From a virus (taxonomy: Duplodnaviria > Caudoviricetes): a stretch of DNA of 44,663 nucleotides. Below are positions 36,493-42,753 of this stretch, piece after piece. The translations under genes and the position numbers were made by a program. A model generated the notes under the pieces. The model ran no database searches, was not told the origin of the DNA, and saw only the letters and a program-made list of their open reading frames with translations. The stretch covers positions 1 through 44,663 of the IMG/VR virus record IMGVR_UViG_3300036987_000028; one strand, given 5' to 3'. The stretch's first letter is position 1. Every line of letters starts with the position of its first letter.

Positions 36493-37225
36493 AGGAAGCC
36501 CGTACAGGCCCTCCAGTTAAGTTGGCTACCTACATAGCTGGAGGGTCTCAAGTCGGGCGCAAAACCCTATCCCAGCTCGATCCTCGGCCTATCCGGGGCT
36601 TGTCCCTCCCTCGCCGCACGGCCGGAGGCAAGACCTGAGAGAGCAAATCCCATCTCACCCCCGGCGCGGCAACAGTGAACGTTAGTCCACTGAAGAGGAA
36701 CTTACGTTGAACTAGACAAGGTACTTACGAGATAGGGGATTACCACAACCTATCACTCACCTATCAATTGATTATCAGAGATTATTATAGGTCTAAAACA
36801 ATGATACCACGACGTGTCAACCCCCGCTTCGCGGGATGACCACCCTAGGCGCTGTGCCTGTTTAGGAGCCCGTCCCCGGATGGCCCCGTAACAGCAACTA
36901 GGTTCCCCATGTCCAAAGCTCGTTACCGCTTCACTCCGCGCTCACGCTCGCGAGCTGAAGATGAATACGACGACGAGTTCCTCGACAGTCCCTTCCTACC
37001 AGACCTCACCGTCTATTCCCCCGATACCCCATGGGAAGACACCGGGTTGGTCACAGCCGAAGGCGTCCCCATCGAACGGTACGGCGCCGAGCCCATTGGC
37101 TTCCTCACCTTCGATGACACTTCAGAGGACGCGTAGAGCCTCACGACAAGCTCGTACAGTGCCCTTCCGAACTTGTGCCGCTATGTAGATAGCCCACTTG
37201 AGTGGAGGGCCTGTACGAGCTTCCT
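36493..37225. repeat. 46-bp inverted repeat pair (36493-36538 / 37180-37225, 41/46 identical)
   Basis: Left copy reverse-complemented GCTATGTAGGTAGCCAACTTAACTGGAGGGCCTGTACGGGCTTCCT vs right copy GCTATGTAGATAGCCCACTTGAGTGGAGGGCCTGTACGAGCTTCCT. Confidence 0.85.
36909..37136 (+). CDS. Small acidic hypothetical protein (75 aa)
   Basis: Clean ORF with DTGL....G.PI.R...PIGF pattern. Confidence 0.6.
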   Translation: MSKARYRFTPRSRSRAEDEYDDEFLDSPFLPDLTVYSPDTPWEDTGLVTAEGVPIERYGAEPIGFLTFDDTSEDA

Positions 37226-37484
37226 ACGGGCTCTGAACAAGGGTGCGACAGGCTATCCCGATGTTTGGGGTAGAATGCGCGAGCCTCCCCTCGAAAGTGA
37301 AACTAAGGAGAATACCCCCCGGCGCCCCATGCGGCTCGCACGTCATGCGAGGGCCGATCCCTAAGGCTTTGCCACATGCTTTGCCACTGGCCACGCTAGA
37401 ACGCCCGTAAACATTGGGCTCGCGAAGGATGTAAGATGCCTTGACGCGTGGTGACGAGGGCATGACGAGGCCCGGCCGCGCATG

Positions 37485-37610
37485 TTCACGCTCGTGCTCG
37501 CTACCCTGTGTTTTTGCACTCGCTCGCTCACACCCGCGTCACAGGCTCGTGCGTCCACGTCACACGCTCGTGTGTGCTCGTGTGTGTGCCCTCATGCGCG
37601 TGTGCGCGTT
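37485..37610. repeat. Low-complexity GCTCGTG/GTGT repeats near presumed genome end
   Basis: Several GCTCGTG copies and alternating purine-pyrimidine runs. Confidence 0.55.
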
Positions 37611-37650
37611 CACTTCAGTGATCGCGAAAGACCTAAAATTATTTGGATCA

Positions 37651-37684
37651 TCCACTTGACGGGAGGATCGGGATTTGCGATTAT
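37651..37684 (+). promoter_or_regulatory. Early sigma70-like promoter with overlapping candidate operator
   Basis: AT-rich tract upstream; TTGACG (37656-37661), 17 nt, GATTAT (37679-37684) with TG extension; TCCACTTGACGGGA covers the -35. Confidence 0.7.
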
Positions 37685-37690
37685 GAGTTG

Positions 37691-38030
37691 GTCAGAGCGG
37701 CGACGCACTGACTGGCCGGAGGGCAACCGGCTCACCCACGGATCGCAGCGAGCACTGCGAGGGGACACAAAGGGCACCATGCGACACGAGGCAAGGCCCG
37801 TAGGCATTGAGTAGGCAACAGACAGCGCACCAAGACGCGCCATCGCCGAAAGAGCTAGCGGCATTCCGGCCAAGTTGTGAGCGAGCGCTGAAGAGGCGAG
37901 AGCATGGGACGTGTGTGAAGGCGCTTAGGCGTGAGCCGGGCGCAATCACACTCTCTCAAATCGAAACCTAGGGCGTGAGTAACGCCCGATGGTCCTGGGG
38001 GTTGGCATCCCCGGCTGAAGAGATAAGCCA
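37691..38030 (+). ncRNA. Long structured leader / candidate ncRNA ahead of the cassette array
   Basis: No RBS-supported ORF; hairpins GTCAG/CTGAC, GCCGG/CCGGC, TCGCAG/CTGCGA, GCGCTTAGGC-GTGA-GCCGGGCGC, GGGCGT/ACGCCC. Confidence 0.55.
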
Positions 38031-38047
38031 CTGAGAGAGCAAACACC

Positions 38048-38230
38048 ATGATTGACGCACTCATGACGCACGACCAACAGATGACATTCGCCTTCGGGTA
38101 TCTAGGGCTGGCCATCGTCGCCTTGTCAGTGATCTTGAACAAGGTCGCGGCCAAGTATGACGCTCAGGACCAACGCGAAGATGCTGCGATGGATCAAGCG
38201 CCGAAGGGTTGGGCGTTCGCTGAAACCTAA
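38048..38230 (+). CDS. Cassette 1: small single-TM protein (60 aa)
   Basis: Box + ATG; hydrophobic FAFGYLGLAIVALSVIL. Confidence 0.75.
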   Translation: MIDALMTHDQQMTFAFGYLGLAIVALSVILNKVAAKYDAQDQREDAAMDQAPKGWAFAET

Positions 38231-38235
38231 CAGAG

Positions 38236-38267
38236 CTAGGGCCTCGGGGGAAACCTCGGGGCCTTTT
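38236..38267 (+). terminator. Cassette terminator repeat (type A)
   Basis: AGGGCCTCGGGG-GAAA-CCTCGGGGCCTT + T tract. Confidence 0.8.
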
Positions 38268-38321
38268 CTATTAGTGTGAACGCACACTTAAGTGCGTCAC
38301 ACAACTGAGAGAGCAAAGCAT

Positions 38322-38468
38322 ATGTGGACTATCGCAAACATCGTCGTGGCCCTGTGGATGCTTACCATGGGCGCGGATGATGCCTCACGAGGTCACTACG
38401 GGATGGCCGCAGTGGCGTTCTTCCTGGCATTCGTGAACATCGGCGGCGCATTGCTCGCCTTCATCTAA
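38322..38468 (+). CDS. Cassette 2: two-TM membrane peptide (48 aa)
   Basis: Box + ATG; MWTIANIVVALWMLTMG...AVAFFLAFVNIGGALLAFI; below track cutoff. Confidence 0.75.
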   Translation: MWTIANIVVALWMLTMGADDASRGHYGMAAVAFFLAFVNIGGALLAFI

Positions 38469-38470
38469 GC

Positions 38471-38502
38471 CTAGGGCCTCGGGGGAAACCTCGGGGCCTT
38501 TT
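38471..38502 (+). terminator. Cassette terminator repeat (type A)
   Basis: Exact 32-nt repeat. Confidence 0.8.
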
Positions 38503-38549
38503 GCGTTAAATGTACACTTATTGTGAACATCAACCTGAGAGAGCAACAC

Positions 38550-38657
38550 ATGCGCGAAGACGCAAGCCTGTCCGACACGATCCGCCGCATCAATCGCGAG
38601 ATAGATGAGGCCGTCCGGGAGCGGGAAGAGAACGTGAGCATGTTGGAATTGATCTGA
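38550..38657 (+). CDS. Cassette 3: charged helical peptide (35 aa)
   Basis: Box + ATG; MREDASLSDTIRRINREIDEAVREREENVSMLELI. Confidence 0.7.
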   Translation: MREDASLSDTIRRINREIDEAVREREENVSMLELI

Positions 38658-38658
38658 G

Positions 38659-38692
38659 CTAGGGCCTCGGCGAGCAATCGTCGGGGCCTTTT
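38659..38692 (+). terminator. Cassette terminator repeat (type B, GCAA loop)
   Basis: AGGGCCTCGGCGA-GCAA-TCGTCGGGGCCTT + T tract. Confidence 0.8.
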
Positions 38693-38743
38693 GCTTTTTG
38701 TGTGAGCCGCATTCAAGCGGCCACTACTGAGAGAGCAAACACC

Positions 38744-39085
38744 ATGTGCAAAAGCTGCGACGACATCGTGACTAGTGACCTTAGCCGCTTCGGCTTCCGT
38801 GAAAAGCGGTTGGCCGCCGAGTTGCTACTCGCCTACACCAAGTCCACACCGGACTGGCTCGGCGATAACGTCACAATCGCGCTGAACACGCACTCCGGCA
38901 ACGTCTTCCTCACGGATGAGGATTTCAACGTCGGCATGATGAATGGTGAAACGCTAGAGCAATGGCATTGGTGCGGCGAATGCGGCAACGAGGGATTTGC
39001 TGAAGACGTGTTCAAGTTGGTCGCCGGAGACGACGACGACGACGAACCCAAGCGTGTCTGTAACTCGTGCGAACACGAGTTCTAA
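38744..39085 (+). CDS. Cassette 4: acidic protein with three CxxC motifs (113 aa)
   Basis: Box + ATG; CKSC, CGEC, CNSC. Confidence 0.8.
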   Translation: MCKSCDDIVTSDLSRFGFREKRLAAELLLAYTKSTPDWLGDNVTIALNTHSGNVFLTDEDFNVGMMNGETLEQWHWCGECGNEGFAEDVFKLVAGDDDDDEPKRVCNSCEHEF

Positions 39086-39087
39086 GC

Positions 39088-39119
39088 CTAGGGCCTCGGG
39101 GGAAACCTCGGGGCCTTTT
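39088..39119 (+). terminator. Cassette terminator repeat (type A)
   Basis: Exact repeat. Confidence 0.8.
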
Positions 39120-39164
39120 GCTTTTGATAGAGCCGCAATCAAGCGGCCACTGAGAGAGCACACC

Positions 39165-39410
39165 ATGCACATTGAGCACGAGAGCGAGCGCTTCGCTTGG
39201 TACTACGATAGCCGGATGGGCGTCGGACGGTTTGTTCGCAAGTCGGACGATGCGTTGACGTACCTGGAAACTGGCACGGATTGCCAAGACGTGCGCCGGT
39301 CTCTTCGGAGGCTTGAGCAAAAGACTAGCTCGCCTCGCTATCCGAAGGCGGCGCCGTCATTCGCGGACATCTTCGACTGTATCGCGACGGAGTATGAGTT
39401 CCACAACTAG
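39165..39410 (+). CDS. Cassette 5: hypothetical protein (81 aa)
   Basis: Box + ATG 39165. Confidence 0.78.
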   Translation: MHIEHESERFAWYYDSRMGVGRFVRKSDDALTYLETGTDCQDVRRSLRRLEQKTSSPRYPKAAPSFADIFDCIATEYEFHN

Positions 39411-39412
39411 AC

Positions 39413-39445
39413 CTAGGGCCTCGGCGAGCAATCGTCGGGGCCTTT
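39413..39445 (+). terminator. Cassette terminator repeat (type B)
   Basis: GCAA-loop variant, TTTCTCATTT tail. Confidence 0.75.
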
Positions 39446-39494
39446 CTCATTTGTGCGAGCCTCACTCAAGCGGCCGCTACTGAGAGAGCAAAAC

Positions 39495-39788
39495 ATGCAC
39501 TGGTATGAAATCACCATCTGTGTGGTCATGGGCCTCACGCTCTTCGGCATCGTGGTCATCCACGAGCTGCGCGAAGTGTTTGAAGAGCCCGCGGACGCGA
39601 GAATGCAACGAGCCATGCGAGAGATCGCGCGGGACATCCCGTGGGCGGACAATAGCAGGGCTAAGCCTAGGGCATCGGCTACGGTGCGCCGGGAACGCGT
39701 CAAGCTCCCTACAACGAAGCCTAAGGCATCTGCGAAGGTGCTCGCTGGCGGGAACGACAATCTGCCTAGCTTCGGCTCGGCGGCTTGA
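39495..39788 (+). CDS. Cassette 6: N-terminal TM protein with SsrA-like C-terminus (97 aa)
   Basis: Box + ATG; ends GGNDNLPSFGSAA. Confidence 0.75.
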   Translation: MHWYEITICVVMGLTLFGIVVIHELREVFEEPADARMQRAMREIARDIPWADNSRAKPRASATVRRERVKLPTTKPKASAKVLAGGNDNLPSFGSAA

Positions 39789-39790
39789 GC

Positions 39791-39822
39791 ATGGGGCCTC
39801 GGGGGAAACCTCGGGGCCTTTT
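39791..39822 (+). terminator. Cassette terminator repeat (type A, ATGG start)
   Basis: Same hairpin, 5' flank varied. Confidence 0.8.
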
Positions 39823-39873
39823 GCTTTTGTGAGACCTCGCACTCAAGCGGGGCTCACTGAGAGAGCAAACACC

Positions 39874-40158
39874 ATGCAAACACTCATCGAACGCGCCATG
39901 CTGGTCTATCAGTGCGGCATCGCCAACGTCTTCGCGGTCAAGAGCTTCGACCTCAACGTCGCAACTCGGGAAGAGCCGGTGCGCCTCATGCAATCCGACT
40001 TCCGTACCTGTGAAGCCTTTGCGCGGGGCATGTCAGTCGCCGGGACCTCTGTCCGCTCGGCACACTGCAACATGGCCGGTGACATCGCGTTGCAAGATTG
40101 GTCGCTTGATCTGGACGATGCTCCGTTCCGCGATCAAATGCGTCCAGTCGCGATCTAG
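39874..40158 (+). CDS. Cassette 7: hypothetical protein (94 aa)
   Basis: Box + ATG 39874; LVYQCGIANVF...CN.AGD. Confidence 0.78.
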   Translation: MQTLIERAMLVYQCGIANVFAVKSFDLNVATREEPVRLMQSDFRTCEAFARGMSVAGTSVRSAHCNMAGDIALQDWSLDLDDAPFRDQMRPVAI

Positions 40159-40160
40159 CT

Positions 40161-40191
40161 CTAGGGCCTCGGGGGAAACCTCGGGGCCTTT
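40161..40191 (+). terminator. Cassette terminator repeat (type A, TTTCTCATTT tail)
   Basis: Same hairpin. Confidence 0.75.
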
Positions 40192-40243
40192 CTCATTTGT
40201 GCGAGCCGCGATCAAGCGAGCCGCACACTGAGAGAGCAAGCAC

Positions 40244-40522
40244 ATGCAAACCACGATCACACCTGTTTCGTGCAAGTACGGCGCCCCGATGGGCCGACGC
40301 ACACAGCCCGGCGATCCTTCTGGCGAGCGCATTCACCTGCGACGCGTTCGGATTGATTGCGGCGGCTATGACAGCGGCGGCGCCTATTGGGGCCTAGGGC
40401 AACCACTCTTTGAGGCGTTCACGCCTAACGGAGACTGGTCAACCTACTTCCGAGCACGGGACCGGGACGCCGCGAAAGCAGCGGTGCGGGAAGACTACCC
40501 CGACGTGAAGTTCTTTAGATGA
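40244..40522 (+). CDS. Cassette 8: hypothetical protein (92 aa)
   Basis: Box + ATG; YGAPMGR...GGYDSGGAYWG. Confidence 0.82.
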   Translation: MQTTITPVSCKYGAPMGRRTQPGDPSGERIHLRRVRIDCGGYDSGGAYWGLGQPLFEAFTPNGDWSTYFRARDRDAAKAAVREDYPDVKFFR

Positions 40523-40524
40523 GC

Positions 40525-40556
40525 CTAGGGCCTCGGGGGAAACCTCGGGGCCTTTT
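40525..40556 (+). terminator. Cassette terminator repeat (type A)
   Basis: Exact repeat. Confidence 0.8.
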
Positions 40557-40604
40557 GCTTTTAGTGGGGGGCAATCATGCCCGTCAAAACTGAGAGAGCA
40601 CCAC

Positions 40605-41075
40605 ATGAACGCACTTAGCATCGCAGTCGCAGTGGCCAACGCCGAGGCCCCGATCATCGACACCACCGCGGAGGAAGTTATCGAAGTCTCCGCGCAAACC
40701 GTCTTCAACGAGTGCTATCGCAACCTGTTTTCGCAGGGTGCGCAAAGCGCGAACGATGGCGGCGGTTGCATGTATCGGGGACCGAACGACTGCAAATGCG
40801 CCGTTGGGTTCTTCATCCCGGATGCCAACTATTATCCGAGGCTGGAGGGCTCAACGATTGAAGCGTCGAAGGTCTTGAACGCGCTGCCTCTGGAGTATCA
40901 CGCTCACAAGGGCTTGCTTGGCGACCTTCAGGCGAACGTCCACGACATTAAGGGTGCGTGGTCGGAGCCGCGCGACTTGCACAACGCATTCGCCGCGGTT
41001 GCAGCACGTCACGGACTGAAGATGCCGCGCGAGTATCCGCCGGTCGCCTATGGTCCGCAGTTCCTACACTACTAA
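40605..41075 (+). CDS. Cassette 9: hypothetical protein with Cys/His motifs (156 aa)
   Basis: Box + ATG; QG..S...CMYRG....CAVG..IPD...LQ...HD. Confidence 0.82.
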   Translation: MNALSIAVAVANAEAPIIDTTAEEVIEVSAQTVFNECYRNLFSQGAQSANDGGGCMYRGPNDCKCAVGFFIPDANYYPRLEGSTIEASKVLNALPLEYHAHKGLLGDLQANVHDIKGAWSEPRDLHNAFAAVAARHGLKMPREYPPVAYGPQFLHY

Positions 41076-41077
41076 GC

Positions 41078-41109
41078 CTAGGGCCTCGGGGGAAACCTCG
41101 GGGCCTTTT
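41078..41109 (+). terminator. Cassette terminator repeat (type A)
   Basis: Exact repeat. Confidence 0.8.
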
Positions 41110-41151
41110 GCTTTTTGTACGGGGCTAATCCCGCAAACTGGAGAGAGCATC

Positions 41152-41364
41152 ATGAGCACCACGCGCCACATCGGAGCCGACGACAAGGCCGCTATCGTTG
41201 CACACCTGGAGACCGCCGCCCGCACCTACACCGCGGAGAGCGTGAACGTCGGGAAGCGCACGAAGGCGTACAAGGAACTCACAGCCAAGGCTAAGCAGGC
41301 TGGCGAGTTCGCCGACATCATCGAAGCGTCCAGCGGCGACTACGTAGTGACGTTCTCGGAATGA
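41152..41364 (+). CDS. Cassette 10: hypothetical protein (70 aa)
   Basis: CTGGAGAGAGC + ATG 41152. Confidence 0.78.
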   Translation: MSTTRHIGADDKAAIVAHLETAARTYTAESVNVGKRTKAYKELTAKAKQAGEFADIIEASSGDYVVTFSE

Positions 41365-41367
41365 AGC

Positions 41368-41399
41368 CTAGGGCCTCGGGGGAAACCTCGGGGCCTTTT
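41368..41399 (+). terminator. Cassette terminator repeat (type A)
   Basis: Exact repeat. Confidence 0.8.
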
Positions 41400-41442
41400 G
41401 CTTTTGTGCGGGCACATGCTCGCGCAAACTGAGAGAGCACCC

Positions 41443-41679
41443 ATGAAAGCCTTCTACACTGGCGCGGCCGTCGCTGCCTTCGTGTCCGCTATGTTCATCG
41501 TTGCCGCTATCACGGCGACCACATCGCGAGCGCAGAGCTACGGCGGCTATGCCAACTCCGGCTTCGGTATGTCGCGAACGTTCTCGCAATGCCGCCAGTC
41601 TCTCGATCCCGGCAAGCCTATCGTCTGCGGTCGCAAGTCCGCGGAGAAGGCGCGGCCGGTAGCGCGTAAGAAGCGCTAA
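41443..41679 (+). CDS. Cassette 11: small exported basic protein (78 aa)
   Basis: Box + ATG; signal-like N-terminus ending SRA; two Cys. Confidence 0.75.
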   Translation: MKAFYTGAAVAAFVSAMFIVAAITATTSRAQSYGGYANSGFGMSRTFSQCRQSLDPGKPIVCGRKSAEKARPVARKKR

Positions 41680-41685
41680 CCAAAC

Positions 41686-41717
41686 CTAGGGCCTCGGGGG
41701 AAACCTCGGGGCCTTTT
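41686..41717 (+). terminator. Cassette terminator repeat (type A), last of the array
   Basis: Exact repeat. Confidence 0.8.
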
Positions 41718-41765
41718 CCCGTTTTAGGTGGGCGTTAATTCCCTACAGTGAACCTCTGTCTAATG

Positions 41766-41808
41766 ATGGCTTCGTATCGCGTTGTCGATACGGGGCCATT
41801 TTCATTTT
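41766..41808 (+). terminator. Diverged terminator closing the array
   Basis: ATGGCTTCGTATCG/CGATACGGGGCCAT stem + T tract; followed by TTTTGTACGGGGCTA as after the repeat at 41078. Confidence 0.6.
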
Positions 41809-42002
41809 GTACGGGGCTATGTTGTTATAGCAACAGCCTCGAAATTCGCCGATTTCATCGCAACCAAATTACTCAACGCGATGCATTAATTATAACTTTC
41901 GGCGAACCCGAAACGAGGACTCAGTTAGGTGATAACCTGCGACGGGTAGTACACCCTGCAACGACAGGTGTAGCCAGACTGAAGGGGAAGGGGACTATCG
42001 CA

Positions 42003-42260
42003 ATGCCGCACACTGCTGCCGGTCAACCGCCAGACTGTTCTCGCTGGTTGGGCGACCGACTTTATGAGTTCACCGACTATCTCAAGACGTTCATGCCCGA
42101 CATGCTGTTGTTGATACCTGAAGGTGACTACGACAGCATGGCGCTGATTGAGACGTGTCACGCACGATCCATTCTCGCGGAGACAGGCGACGCGCCGCAT
42201 CCCGGCCGTACCTTTTTCCCCAAGTGGGTGTGGGACACCGTCTTTACAACCAATCAGTGA
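42003..42260 (+). CDS. Hypothetical protein (85 aa)
   Basis: Purine-rich RBS before ATG 42003; the upstream part of track ORF 41748 crosses a terminator and AT-rich DNA. Confidence 0.45.
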   Translation: MPHTAAGQPPDCSRWLGDRLYEFTDYLKTFMPDMLLLIPEGDYDSMALIETCHARSILAETGDAPHPGRTFFPKWVWDTVFTTNQ

Positions 42261-42273
42261 TTTCCTAAAATAG

Positions 42274-42287
42274 TCCTGTTAAGTGGG
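42274..42287. promoter_or_regulatory. Candidate operator TCCTGTTAAGTGGG
   Basis: Matches the 14-bp family; upstream of the MarR-like gene. Confidence 0.5.
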
Positions 42288-42348
42288 AAACCAAATCATG
42301 TAGAAGGTGTTCATACCGTGGACGATCAACATAAGGGAGTAGGGTTCA

Positions 42349-42702
42349 ATGGCTTCCGGCAGAGAGGCGAGCTTGGGTAGTATGCCGAGCAAGTTCCTGA
42401 AGGCTTTGGAACGGCTTCAGGACACTCATGCCGACCTAACCGTTCGACAGCTACGCTACCTCATGTTTGTCGCCGAGCATCCCGGCCTCACCGTTGCCGA
42501 GGTTTACCGGGCGCTCGGATCACATGCGAGCATAGCGTCGCGCACGTTCGCCATCCTCTCCGATGTGGGTACGCCCAAGGTGGAGGGGTTAGGCTTCGTG
42601 GACATGCGTCCAGACGAGAAGGACCGGCGATTACGAAGATTGTTCCTAAGCGCTAAGGGTGGGCGTTTCCTCGCCGACCTCCGTAAAGACCTCGGGCTCT
42701 AG
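42349..42702 (+). CDS. MarR-like winged-helix transcriptional regulator
   Basis: LTVRQL..L..V...PG.T..E...SR...L...G.V....D..DRR...L.LS.KG. Confidence 0.88.
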   Translation: MASGREASLGSMPSKFLKALERLQDTHADLTVRQLRYLMFVAEHPGLTVAEVYRALGSHASIASRTFAILSDVGTPKVEGLGFVDMRPDEKDRRLRRLFLSAKGGRFLADLRKDLGL

Positions 42703-42723
42703 CAATAGAGCCCTTCTCTTTTT
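42694..42723 (+). terminator. Terminator-like hairpin between regulator and integrase
   Basis: GGGCTCTA-GCAA-TAGAGCCC-TTCTCTTTTT. Confidence 0.7.
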
Positions 42724-42753
42724 GTAGAAGACCCGTAACTGAGAGAGCAAACC

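Larger units (their letters stand above)
38031..41717 (+). repeat. Array of 11 single-gene cassettes delimited by conserved repeats
   Basis: CTGAGAGAGC box at 38031, 38305, 38535, 38727, 39150, 39480, 39857, 40228, 40590, 41138 (CTGGAGAGAGC), 41429; hairpin repeat at 38236, 38471, 38659, 39088, 39413, 39791, 40161, 40525, 41078, 41368, 41686. Confidence 0.95.

Noticed and set aside
164-36500. Long minus-strand ORFs (e.g. 5777-6781, 17118-18050, 27079-28653, 28975-30102)
   Set aside because: Antisense shadows of GC-rich + strand genes with no recognisable motifs
36635-36660. Additional cassette at the orphan CTGAGAGAGC box
   Set aside because: No start codon at the usual spacing and no repeat hairpin nearby
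37441-37470. Second TTGACG promoter
   Set aside because: No convincing -10 at 16-18 nt
37173-37960. Short track ORFs in the end and leader region
   Set aside because: No RBS, low-complexity translations, overlap promoter, repeats and hairpins
38236-41717. CRISPR array (32-nt palindromic repeats containing GAAAC)
   Set aside because: Intervening segments are about 155-520 bp, irregular, and each holds a full ORF; no cas genes in the window
38236-41717. Classical integron attC sites
   Set aside because: No RYYYAAC/GTTRRRY ends; stems rely on G-U pairs with GNRA loops and U tracts, which points to RNA; the integrase is accounted for by the att sites
41932-41946. Third phage promoter (ATAACCTGC); also a minus-strand TAACCTG near 34670
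   Set aside because: Only the 5' half matches; TATTTGGA is absent
41748-42002. N-terminal half of the 170-aa track ORF, or a hidden CI repressor
   Set aside because: Crosses a terminator and AT-rich, probably regulatory DNA; no HTH or peptidase motif seen on either strand
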